36,638 bases of DNA. Source: a virus. Lineage: Duplodnaviria > Heunggongvirae > Uroviricota > Caudoviricetes. Below, piece after piece: positions 18,667-26,246 of this stretch. The notes under the pieces were generated by a model. It ran no database searches. It was given only the letters and a program-made list of their open reading frames with translations, and was not told the DNA's origin. The stretch lies in the IMG/VR virus record IMGVR_UViG_2541047702_000001; one strand, 5' to 3'. The translations under genes and the position numbers were made by a program. The stretch's first letter is position 1; each line of letters opens with the position of its first letter.

Positions 18667-19368
18667 TTATTTGCCATAGAGCACTTCGGCCGCACTACGC
18701 TGGCCTTCATTACCACCGGTGACCATGCCATCTTCAGACATCGCCTTTCCGATTTTCACGAACGTTTTGACCAGATCAGGGTGATTACCCAGTCCGGTGG
18801 TGTTCAGATATTCTTTGAGTTCAGGTGTCCCGAACTGGTCAAGCGCACGCTGTGCGGCGCTAAGGTTAGAAATCAACTTGTCGCCACCGATTTCTTTGTC
18901 AGCTTTTACATCCGCAGCCCACTGCTCGGTTGTTTTCTGCCAGGCTTCTGCCTGGCGCTGCTGAACACCTGCCAGAATCTTCGGATAAGCATCAACCAGC
19001 TTTTGCGCTTGCTCGTTGGTCAGGTTTAGTTCTCGCGCCACCGGCTCGAATTCCTTCAACGCTTCTGTATCCAGCTCTACGCCTTCGGCAGCCTGAAACT
19101 CGTACTTCTCAGGCGCACCCTCTGGTTTATCGCCGCCCTTTTTTTCATCCTGCTTATCGTTTTCAGGCTTTTTGTCATCAGCAGGTTTATCGCCATCAGC
19201 AACAGGTTGTGGCTTATCACCTTCCGGTTGTGATGGATCACCAACTGGAGCAGGGTTATCACCTGCAGGCGCTGACGGTTCTGACGCAGCCGGAGCTGCT
19301 CCACCATCGACTGGTTGCTCATTGCAAAGACGGCGATACAGCAAACGCTCAAATAAATTCATGATCAC
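18667..19368 (-). CDS. Scaffolding protein (acidic, Pro/Asp/Lys-rich N-terminus)
   Basis: 233 aa; low-complexity acidic Pro-rich segment PAPVGDPSQPEGDKPQPVADGDKPADDKKPENDKQDEKKGGDKPEGAPE; position between portal and capsid. Confidence 0.5.
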   Translation of the reverse strand: MIMNLFERLLYRRLCNEQPVDGGAAPAASEPSAPAGDNPAPVGDPSQPEGDKPQPVADGDKPADDKKPENDKQDEKKGGDKPEGAPEKYEFQAAEGVELDTEALKEFEPVARELNLTNEQAQKLVDAYPKILAGVQQRQAEAWQKTTEQWAADVKADKEIGGDKLISNLSAAQRALDQFGTPELKEYLNTTGLGNHPDLVKTFVKIGKAMSEDGMVTGGNEGQRSAAEVLYGK

Positions 19369-19661
19369 TCCTGTTCACTGGCCTCTTTGGCCATCTTCAA
19401 ATACTGTTCAGGGCAATGCGCCATAACGCGCTGAAACAGTTCCAGCGCCAGATTGCGTTGCCCCTCATTAAATGCCATTGCCATAGCGTCCATCGGTGAG
19501 ATAGCGGAAAACACACGGCCTTTCTCCAGCACCGACCAGACAACGCGACGCCCCTGTTCACTGCTCATGACAAAGCGAATGTCATCAATTTCACGCTGTG
19601 CCATGTCACATTGCTTACGGGCGTTTTCTTCTTTCAGTTGATCATCTTCGTAATCTGTCAT
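19365..19661 (-). CDS. Hypothetical small acidic protein between portal and scaffold
   Basis: 98 aa ORF with overlapping start/stop to neighbours. Confidence 0.4.
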   Translation of the reverse strand: MTDYEDDQLKEENARKQCDMAQREIDDIRFVMSSEQGRRVVWSVLEKGRVFSAISPMDAMAMAFNEGQRNLALELFQRVMAHCPEQYLKMAKEASEQE

Positions 19662-21337
19662 TGTGATTGCCCACCCTGACCACTAACTGCATTCGCCATA
19701 GCTGACAAAACACTCGGCTCCGAAGTTTTAGCTTCGCTTAGCGTCTTGGCACCCTGTGCCGCCGCCATCCCCATCGCCATCATTTGTTGCTGCTGTTGTT
19801 GCTGTGCCCGTTGCTGGCGAGCCTGCTCAACCTGTTCCTGCGGAACAATGACGGTTGGAGACACTCCGGACATATCAGCGAATGCATCGATCGCCTGATC
19901 AACGTTGAGTTTGTCGAGAGCTTCTGGTTTCGCTTGCGCAAGTTGACCAATGAAGTTAACCGTGGACGCCAGACTGGACAGGCCGATAGACTTCTGCGCC
20001 TGAGCCATGACGGAAATGTATTCGACCTTCAGGGGCATGCCTTCCATCGCGTCAGGCGGTGGCGGCAACATGTTTTTACGCACCATCATCGAGAAAGTGC
20101 GGTCAATGAGAGGATTAAGACATTCGTCGTTCAGACGCTCCAGAACTGGCCCCAACATCAGAAGCTTTTCTTCTTTCATTTCGATCACTGCTTCAACAGG
20201 CATCGAGCGGGTATTGATGTTCTGCAACATCATGAACAGATCGACAAAGTAGGCGCTGTTAATGATTTGGCGGGTGTCCTGAATGTCTGCTACCAGATCT
20301 GCTGTACTGGGGTTAACCAGATAAGCAGGCCTGAAACCATCCTGACCAGTAATCTGATCGATATACGTGATGTCGCCAGGAAGAAGGGAGGCGCGCTGAT
20401 TCTTGAGGGAAGTCGGAGCAACCATCGGCGGATTGGTGGCTTTATCAATCAACTGCGACTTGCGCTTCTGGAGAAGCTGCAATGCCTTAACAGGTCCAAG
20501 CGCCAGCATACCAGGGCATGATGATCCATAAACATCTTCGCCGTTAACTTCCCAGCGCGGAGCCATAATTGGAAACTCATCGAATCCGGACTCACGCAAC
20601 AACTTGTCGTTATCGCCACCAACCTCGTAATAAACCGATTTGAATGGCTTGTTCTTGCTATCCAGCTTCGATGTATCGCGGTCAATGTTCGGGTAAACCG
20701 AATGCATCACTTCAATCCACTTCTCGTAGGTGCCGCTTTCCCACATGCTTTTTACGGATTCGCTGACGTTATTTAGCCCGAACTCCTGAACAAGCTGACG
20801 AACAGTCATAGAGAACTTGCGAAAACAGGTGTCCACACTGCCACGAGGTGAGTTAGCCAGGTAGTAACTGCCTATAGGGAATGGCATTGTGCGAATGATG
20901 TCCTCGTCATCCTCCAGCACCGCCATTGCACCAGTGCTGTATGTGCCGAGGCTTCCGTATAACTGCGGCAGCGACTGATAGAGATTCGACTTATTGAACA
21001 TATCGTTCATGCGGTTCTGCACCGCCTCAAGCCACAACTTAACAGGGCCATAATCCATCATTTCAGGATCTGGCGTAGCCAGGCGAAACCACGGACGCGC
21101 GGGGCTTGTGATGCCTGACATCATGCCGCTGGCGAGAGTGCGCGCCGCCATAGTCCCGGTCGAATCAATAATGCGTGTATTCCGTCGATCGTTACGGTTG
21201 ACCTCAGAAGTCAGAAAGCGGGAACCACGCGGGTTGATGTAATCACTCAACTCGCGCCAGTGCGGCTCGAACGACTGACGCTCGCTTTCAAGTTGTGCGA
21301 ACTGTTTGTTCAATCGCTCTTTAGTTGTTTCCGCCAT
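19658..21337 (-). CDS. Portal (head-tail connector) protein
   Basis: 559 aa, first large gene of the virion module after terminase, GGAG Shine-Dalgarno 8 nt upstream; C-terminal poly-Gln/Ala low-complexity tail. Confidence 0.6.
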   Translation of the reverse strand: MAETTKERLNKQFAQLESERQSFEPHWRELSDYINPRGSRFLTSEVNRNDRRNTRIIDSTGTMAARTLASGMMSGITSPARPWFRLATPDPEMMDYGPVKLWLEAVQNRMNDMFNKSNLYQSLPQLYGSLGTYSTGAMAVLEDDEDIIRTMPFPIGSYYLANSPRGSVDTCFRKFSMTVRQLVQEFGLNNVSESVKSMWESGTYEKWIEVMHSVYPNIDRDTSKLDSKNKPFKSVYYEVGGDNDKLLRESGFDEFPIMAPRWEVNGEDVYGSSCPGMLALGPVKALQLLQKRKSQLIDKATNPPMVAPTSLKNQRASLLPGDITYIDQITGQDGFRPAYLVNPSTADLVADIQDTRQIINSAYFVDLFMMLQNINTRSMPVEAVIEMKEEKLLMLGPVLERLNDECLNPLIDRTFSMMVRKNMLPPPPDAMEGMPLKVEYISVMAQAQKSIGLSSLASTVNFIGQLAQAKPEALDKLNVDQAIDAFADMSGVSPTVIVPQEQVEQARQQRAQQQQQQQMMAMGMAAAQGAKTLSEAKTSEPSVLSAMANAVSGQGGQSQ

Positions 21338-21351
21338 TTCAATGACTCCGG

Positions 21352-21558
21352 TTACTGACCAAGCAGCGTTTTACCGCTGGTATTAGCGGTTGATGTGTCG
21401 CCCTGAGAACCGGTAAGCAGCGTAGAACTACGACCAGCAGCAGCGCGACGGCGACGTGTTTCTTCGTCGCGGGCATCAACAACGGCGGCATCCTGCTCCT
21501 GTGGTGCTACCTGAACTTCTGGTGTTGCAGGCACTGATGGTGAGCTCCCCATGCACAT
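21352..21558 (-). CDS. Small hypothetical protein upstream of portal
   Basis: 68 aa; the initiation region CGGAGTCATTGATATG duplicates that of the portal gene (CGGAGTCATTGAAATG). Confidence 0.35.
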   Translation of the reverse strand: MCMGSSPSVPATPEVQVAPQEQDAAVVDARDEETRRRRAAAGRSSTLLTGSQGDTSTANTSGKTLLGQ

Positions 21559-21637
21559 ATCAATGACTCCGTACGCAATTAAATTATTACCAATTTAACC
21601 ACATATGATTTATTTATCGTAGATAGTTGACATTTAA

Positions 21638-21652
21638 CGCACAAATTATTAC
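21638..21652. promoter_or_regulatory. Operator-like palindrome TTACC-TTTCA-GGTAA (exact), with TTGACA -35-like hexamer 17 bp upstream
   Basis: Exact motif; TTGACA at 21616-21621; lies in the intergenic region between portal-operon start and the tRNA unit. Confidence 0.55.
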
Positions 21653-21983
21653 CTTTCAGGTAAGCAAAGGGTTCATTCCGGTTATTAACCTGACTGGCTT
21701 GTCGTTAAATTGAACAGGTGGAGTGAGCTTTTATTTTGAGCAGTACGGCGTATGGCACATGCGCCGATAGCGGTCTGGATACGTTTAAGGGGCACCCTCC
21801 CTTGCTCGGGCAAACGAACCAGGTAGCCGGAATGTGCAAGCCCCGTTCATATCGTCGGACCGAGGACTCACCATCCTGGCGATTCGGTGTGACGCCTCGG
21901 AAGAGACGAGGGTACAACGATGAGAGCATTTATGGAGCCGCGACAAAGTGTGGCGCCTTAACAGGCTAAGTGCTCTCAGCGTT

Positions 21984-22060
21984 GTGGCATTAGCTCAGTT
22001 GGACAGAGCAACCGCCTTCTAAGCGGTTGGTCGCAGGTTCGAATCCTGCATGCCACGCCA
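21984..22060 (+). tRNA. tRNA-Arg, anticodon UCU (reads AGA)
   Basis: Manual cloverleaf: acceptor GTGGCAT/ATGCCAC, D-stem GCTC/GAGC, anticodon stem ACCGC/GCGGT with loop CTTCTAA, T-stem GCAGG/CCTGC with loop TTCGAAT, discriminator G and encoded CCA; 77 nt. Confidence 0.85.
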
Positions 22061-22104
22061 GAATCACGCCTAAGGACCGTGATGCCAGAAGTTCCAGGTG
22101 CTTG

Positions 22105-22146
22105 GCGGTGATAGTTTCCCTTGAAGGACTATCACCGCCCTTTTTA
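22105..22146 (+). terminator. Rho-independent terminator downstream of tRNA-Arg
   Basis: GGCGGTGATAGT ... ACTATCACCGCC perfect 12-bp stem followed by CTTTTT. Confidence 0.75.
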
Positions 22147-22223
22147 CAGCAGGACGCCATTGCGATGACTTCATGCTGTAAACCCGTACAGCCACGGAAG
22201 GCATAACTCATTGCTTCCAGTTC

Positions 22224-22247
22224 GCCCGGTTCGCCGGGCATTTTTTT
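22224..22247 (+). terminator. Terminator-like hairpin (GCCCGG-TTCG-CCGGGC then T7) ending 1 nt before the gp49-like ribosome-binding site; candidate attenuator
   Basis: 6-bp GC stem, tetraloop, 7 T; ends at 22247, AAGGTGAG follows at 22248 and ATG at 22259. Confidence 0.6.
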
Positions 22248-22258
22248 AAGGTGAGATT

Positions 22259-22633
22259 ATGAACGACCAGCAAATCGAAAAAGAAATCGTTGAGAAAGGC
22301 AAAACGGCACCGCGTGTAACACCCGAGAAAATTGAAGGCCTCATTTGCAGTGAGCATTTTTTCACTGCTGCGCAGGGTGACCACCAGGCTAAAGAAGATG
22401 ACCTTATTTATAATCCGGAGCCTTATGTCGAAGCCACCCCTGATGCTCTGCACCTTCTCACTTTCTGCGTACTGGTGCTGAAGAATGGCTTCACCGTCAC
22501 CGGAGAGAGTGCCTGTGCAAGCCCGGAAAACTTTGATGCAGAAATTGGTCGGAAGATTGCCCGGCAGAATGCTGTAAACAAAATCTGGATGCTCGAAGGT
22601 TACTTGCTGAAGCAGAAGTTAAGCGAGCAATAA
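22259..22633 (+). CDS. Gp49-like phage protein (N4 gp49 / Sf6 gp66 family, recalled), function unknown; moron-type insertion
   Basis: 124 aa; ribosome-binding site AAGGTGAG; opposite orientation to flanking structural genes; family assignment from recalled motif LTFCVLVLKNGFTVTGESACASPENFD, unverified. Confidence 0.5.
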   Translation: MNDQQIEKEIVEKGKTAPRVTPEKIEGLICSEHFFTAAQGDHQAKEDDLIYNPEPYVEATPDALHLLTFCVLVLKNGFTVTGESACASPENFDAEIGRKIARQNAVNKIWMLEGYLLKQKLSEQ

Positions 22634-22653
22634 CACCGTGGCATGTCACAAAC

Positions 22654-22680
22654 AGCCAGCCTATGAGCTGGCTTTGTTTT
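22654..22680. terminator. Intrinsic terminator AGCCAGC-CTATGA-GCTGGCT then TTGTTTT after the gp49-like gene (plus strand; weaker on minus strand after terL)
   Basis: 7-bp stem followed by T-rich tract; preceded by the palindrome variant GTGGCATGTCAC. Confidence 0.6.
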
Positions 22681-22723
22681 ATCCTCACCAGAGGATATCA
22701 ACGACATTATCCCCACCAGCGGA

Positions 22724-24199
22724 TTAAGCATAAGGGTCATAATCCGTTATGGCCCTTCCCTGCTGGCTTTGCTGTCCTGGTATATTTATGCGTTTCGAGA
22801 CCGGGAAAGCAAACGTCAGCAGTAGCGCATCGCCTTTACCAGGAGAACGCCCAAGACGCTCTTTGATATCTTCCTTCGGTTCGATAACGATTTTACCGTC
22901 CACACGAACTTTGTACTCTGCCGCCGACAGGTCGTCTGCAGTTTCCTGGTCATCCAGCATGCCGCCCAGCCTCAGCCATGTCTTACATGAGTTGAACATC
23001 TCCCCACGCTTGTTAAGCATCTGCGGGTCAGTGGACGCACCGCCGAACGGAACAAGTTGCCATGTACGTCCCCAGCCATCACCGATTGACTTCAAACCGG
23101 TTCCATAACCGAAGTCGATGAACACCGCGTCAGCCTGATACTGGTCTTCAAAGTCAGCGATACGCTTCGCCATAATCAGATCGTCGGTGGTCTTGTTACC
23201 AGTCCATAGCACCTTACTGTGCAGCCCCTGCCGCAGGTATATCACAGCGTCATCAACGCCGGAGTATGCCGGGTCAACGCCGATTATCACCGGAGCATGT
23301 GCAACCTGCGCAGCGGTTACCACCCGTTTCATTGCCTCGTCAGTAAGGCCGGTAGGGATAAACTGCAATTCAGATGCATCCGGGAATATGCCGCGCACAC
23401 GGATTTTAACGAAGTCGCTGTCTTCCCCGTAGTCATCAACCCATTTCTGCAACTGCTGTTTGTTAGTGCCTTCCACCGTCCGGCTGTCAATCTGCGCAGT
23501 TTTCCAGCGGTGTTTATATTTGCGGAAACATTCGCGGAAACGCCCGGTGTTACGTGTAGGGTTTCCGAATGCCACCCAGATAATCTCAGTGTCTTCGTCC
23601 GTCAGCGCACCCTCTGCTACCTCCCACACCAGATCGGCAATGTTGGATGCTTCATCGAATACCACGATGATACGCTTACGCTCGTTGTGCAGCCCGGCGA
23701 ACGCCTCTGTGTTGTGCTCAGACCACGGTATTGCGTCAGCTCGCCAGCGCTTGTCGTGGCCTGGGTCATTGCTGTACATCGCCGTGGCGGTGCAGGTGAA
23801 CCACTCTTTCGTGATAGCCAGATTCGACCATTTGATGATTTCCGGCCATGTCTTGGTGCGCAGCTGGTTGTCGGTGTTGGCGGTCACCACGACCTTACAA
23901 TCCTCGCAAGTGGACATGCCCCAGTTGATCAGCATTGAGATGAATGCGGATTTACCAATACCGTGACCAGAAGCGCGTGCCAGCATAAGCGGCTGATATC
24001 GCGTCTCTGGATTCTGCAGGTGATCACGTATCTCTCGGAACGCATCGGCCTGCCACTGACGTGGACCGGTGGCATGTGCCAGTTCAGTCCCCTCTTCCCC
24101 CCACGGGAACGCATAGAGGGCATAACCAAGCGGATCGTGAGTAAACCCTGCAATATCCTCGATCAACTGCTCTTCAGGAGATAACACTGTATCTGTCAC
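22724..24199 (-). CDS. Terminase large subunit
   Basis: 491 aa; P-loop-like ASGHGIGKS near the N-terminus, acidic residues typical of the nuclease half; overlaps small subunit stop; precedes portal module. Confidence 0.75.
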   Translation of the reverse strand: MTDTVLSPEEQLIEDIAGFTHDPLGYALYAFPWGEEGTELAHATGPRQWQADAFREIRDHLQNPETRYQPLMLARASGHGIGKSAFISMLINWGMSTCEDCKVVVTANTDNQLRTKTWPEIIKWSNLAITKEWFTCTATAMYSNDPGHDKRWRADAIPWSEHNTEAFAGLHNERKRIIVVFDEASNIADLVWEVAEGALTDEDTEIIWVAFGNPTRNTGRFRECFRKYKHRWKTAQIDSRTVEGTNKQQLQKWVDDYGEDSDFVKIRVRGIFPDASELQFIPTGLTDEAMKRVVTAAQVAHAPVIIGVDPAYSGVDDAVIYLRQGLHSKVLWTGNKTTDDLIMAKRIADFEDQYQADAVFIDFGYGTGLKSIGDGWGRTWQLVPFGGASTDPQMLNKRGEMFNSCKTWLRLGGMLDDQETADDLSAAEYKVRVDGKIVIEPKEDIKERLGRSPGKGDALLLTFAFPVSKRINIPGQQSQQGRAITDYDPYA

Positions 24200-24792
24200 T
24201 GATTACCATCCTGACGTTCTTTGAGTCGCTTCCTGGCTGCTGCTATGCGATCAGCAATTGTCACATTCACATTAACATCCAGGCGTTCTTTGAATGCGTT
24301 GACGTCGACGTGCTTACCAATCAGTTCGAGGTTCTTCACCTTGTCAGGCCATTTAATTTTTTTGAGGATTGTCTCTATCGAATCCTCGTTCATGTTCATG
24401 ATGGTCGATGACAGATCAAAGCCGCTAAGCGTAGTGCGCCAGATTTTCGGCCACTCGCGGATTGGCTTAAGGCTCCCATCGTCGTTGAGGATGTCGATCA
24501 CGTCCATCTGGTCGATCTCCACCAGGCGCATGAGAACGTAATCAGCACTGACGCGCATTCGTTTGTTGCGCTCCTCCATCAACTCGGCAATCCGTTTTTG
24601 AATGCGTTCATCGCGCATCATGACACTGGCTTTAACTGCCGCTGTATTTGGGGAGAATCCTGCATTAATCGCTGCCTGAGTCTGGTTTTCAGGCGTTTTG
24701 ATGTATGACTGGCAATAAGCCTCCTGCATTGCTGTGAGCGGCTTAAATTGCGTTGATTTGCGTTTATAGGTTTTAGGTTCAGCAGGCATCAT
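24196..24792 (-). CDS. Terminase small subunit
   Basis: ATGATG at 24792/24789 (ORF-track start 24870 is an upstream extension); basic N-terminus, overlaps terL start; first gene after a terminator. Confidence 0.55.
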   Translation of the reverse strand: MMPAEPKTYKRKSTQFKPLTAMQEAYCQSYIKTPENQTQAAINAGFSPNTAAVKASVMMRDERIQKRIAELMEERNKRMRVSADYVLMRLVEIDQMDVIDILNDDGSLKPIREWPKIWRTTLSGFDLSSTIMNMNEDSIETILKKIKWPDKVKNLELIGKHVDVNAFKERLDVNVNVTIADRIAAARKRLKERQDGNQ

Positions 24793-24824
24793 AACCACCG
24801 TGGTAATAGTTACCGTTGTGGTAA
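24792..24824. promoter_or_regulatory. Two tandem operator-like sites (TAACC-ACCGT-GGTAA at 24792-24806, 1 mismatch; TTACC-GTTGT-GGTAA at 24810-24824, exact) overlapping the terS initiation region
   Basis: Appears as direct repeat GTGGTAATAGT(T)ACC x2 just upstream of ATG 24792. Confidence 0.5.
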
Positions 24825-24843
24825 TAGTACCATGCAAAATAAA

Positions 24844-24861
24844 GCCGCCATAGTTGGCGGC
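24844..24861 (-). terminator. Intrinsic terminator GCCGCC-AACTAT-GGCGGC followed by TTTATTTTG on the minus strand, immediately upstream of terS (late-operon entry point)
   Basis: 6-bp GC stem, T-rich tail on minus strand. Confidence 0.55.
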
Positions 24862-24910
24862 AGTATTCAAAACACATCAAATTCATCATGCATAATCTAC
24901 TCGTGACATG

Positions 24911-25252
24911 TCACACTATTAATTTCGTTTCATGCCAGCCTTTAGTCACCCAGCATTGCGAGTCACCATTACACGGGCATGAATTCACAGGAACTCTCTC
25001 GCCGCACTTACCGCAACGTGTTCTGCTGATCGATTTTATACGCCCGTGCACGCGTGCATCATCCTGGCGGATCAGTAACGCTATATACTCACCAAATTCG
25101 TAAGGCGCACGCCCGGGGCGACGCGTGGCACAGTTACGCTCCAGCATTTCAATTTCCTGAGCATCAAGCACAATTTCCAGCTTACGCACACCAGATGCAG
25201 CTTGTCTGGCTCTCTGAGCGGCTTTGCGCTCTGCTGCTGATTTAGCCATCAA
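24911..25252 (-). CDS. Cys-rich small protein (putative zinc-binding), candidate late-gene regulator by position
   Basis: 113 aa; C-terminal CGKCGERVPVNSCPCNGDSQC cluster; stop codon lies inside palindrome GTGACATGTCAC; last gene before the terminator and terS. Confidence 0.35.
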   Translation of the reverse strand: MMAKSAAERKAAQRARQAASGVRKLEIVLDAQEIEMLERNCATRRPGRAPYEFGEYIALLIRQDDARVHGRIKSISRTRCGKCGERVPVNSCPCNGDSQCWVTKGWHETKLIV

Positions 25253-25523
25253 TATTTACCTTTATCGCGTACACCTTTACCGGTTTATCGCCGAAGTGCG
25301 GATGTGTGATTGTTTTCACTTCATATCCTCCATACGGAACATCAATTCTGCGGCTGGAATCATCGCGCTTCGGATATCCCTTTGTGATAATCAGGCGGTC
25401 ATACTCCCGGAACATAATTCGCTTACTCCAGTAGTCATTACACAGGCGATACTCTTCCGTTTTCTCTCCGCGAATCATGGCATCGAAGTATTCACCTTTG
25501 ACGGCAAGTTGCAGGTTAGCCAC
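25242..25523 (-). CDS. ASCH/PUA-like domain protein (DUF3850-like)
   Basis: 93 aa; motif GEYFDAMIRGEKTEEYRLCNDYW matches recalled DUF3850 pattern; unverified. Confidence 0.4.
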   Translation of the reverse strand: MANLQLAVKGEYFDAMIRGEKTEEYRLCNDYWSKRIMFREYDRLIITKGYPKRDDSSRRIDVPYGGYEVKTITHPHFGDKPVKVYAIKVNIDG

Positions 25524-26052
25524 GGTTAACCTCCTGCGGCGGTTCTGGTAGCGGCATCCAGTGGGTTACTCCATGCCATATACCAGTTAAGGTTTCAAAC
25601 CTTGGCTCTCTGCCTTTCTGTGTCTTGGCATATTCATTCCTTGTATATACGCATTGTCTAACTGCATATCCATTCCATCCAATAACTGTTTGTCTAATTT
25701 CAGGCATTCGCTCACTACAGCTTATCCAACCATCCGGAGTTACCGGATAGTTGCCATTCACAAGGTCAGCTCGAACATATAGCGTGTCATCATGGTGCTG
25801 ATTGTGGCTGCACCACGTTAATTCGCTTAACTCGCCATCTTCTGGCCATACTCCAGCCGTTTGCAGCCAGATATGGGCTGGCGCATCTTGGCAAGGTGTA
25901 TTAACTGGCAACTTGTAAGTTTGGCTTACAGGTTCGGCTTCCAGTGATGCCAGTGCAATCCGTGCCACTTCCATTTGTTCGCTACGAGTAAGCCCGTTTT
26001 CAAGCGGATTTTTAATGAATAATTCGATACGTTCTTTGGTAATAGAATTCAT
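25516..26052 (-). CDS. DUF551-domain phage protein
   Basis: ATG 26052 directly after upstream stop; C-terminal HWMPLPEPP motif typical of DUF551 (recalled). Confidence 0.45.
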   Translation of the reverse strand: MNSITKERIELFIKNPLENGLTRSEQMEVARIALASLEAEPVSQTYKLPVNTPCQDAPAHIWLQTAGVWPEDGELSELTWCSHNQHHDDTLYVRADLVNGNYPVTPDGWISCSERMPEIRQTVIGWNGYAVRQCVYTRNEYAKTQKGREPRFETLTGIWHGVTHWMPLPEPPQEVNRG

Positions 26053-26053
26053 G

Positions 26054-26245
26054 CTATTTCGCCTTAATCTCAACATTTCGCAGCTTTAGCTCTACTGGCA
26101 GGTCTGACTTTCCTGTTAATGCTAATGCGAGATTTTCAGGAGTAATGAGAGCAGTTATTGTTTTCCCCATTGCCAGACGAATAATCATTCGTATTTCGCT
26201 ATCGTCACATGCTCCCGGTCGAACAATTGATATTTGTCCGTTCAT
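26054..26245 (-). CDS. Hypothetical small protein
   Basis: ATG at 26245 just after Ea22-like stop; 63 aa. Confidence 0.3.
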   Translation of the reverse strand: MNGQISIVRPGACDDSEIRMIIRLAMGKTITALITPENLALALTGKSDLPVELKLRNVEIKAK

Positions 26246-26246
26246 C

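Noticed and set aside
19770-19830. CAG/CAA-rich simple repeat
   Set aside because: It is the coding sequence for a poly-Gln/Ala tail at the portal C-terminus, not an independent repeat element.
21705-21969. Overlapping ORFs of 74 aa (minus) and 77 aa (plus, TTG start) in the region upstream of the tRNA
   Set aside because: Arg/Gly/Ser-rich low-complexity translations, non-ATG start, no ribosome-binding site; region treated as non-coding or structured RNA instead.
21990-22241. 83-aa minus-strand ORF
   Set aside because: Overlaps the tRNA-Arg gene and its terminator on the opposite strand; no ribosome-binding site; most likely spurious.
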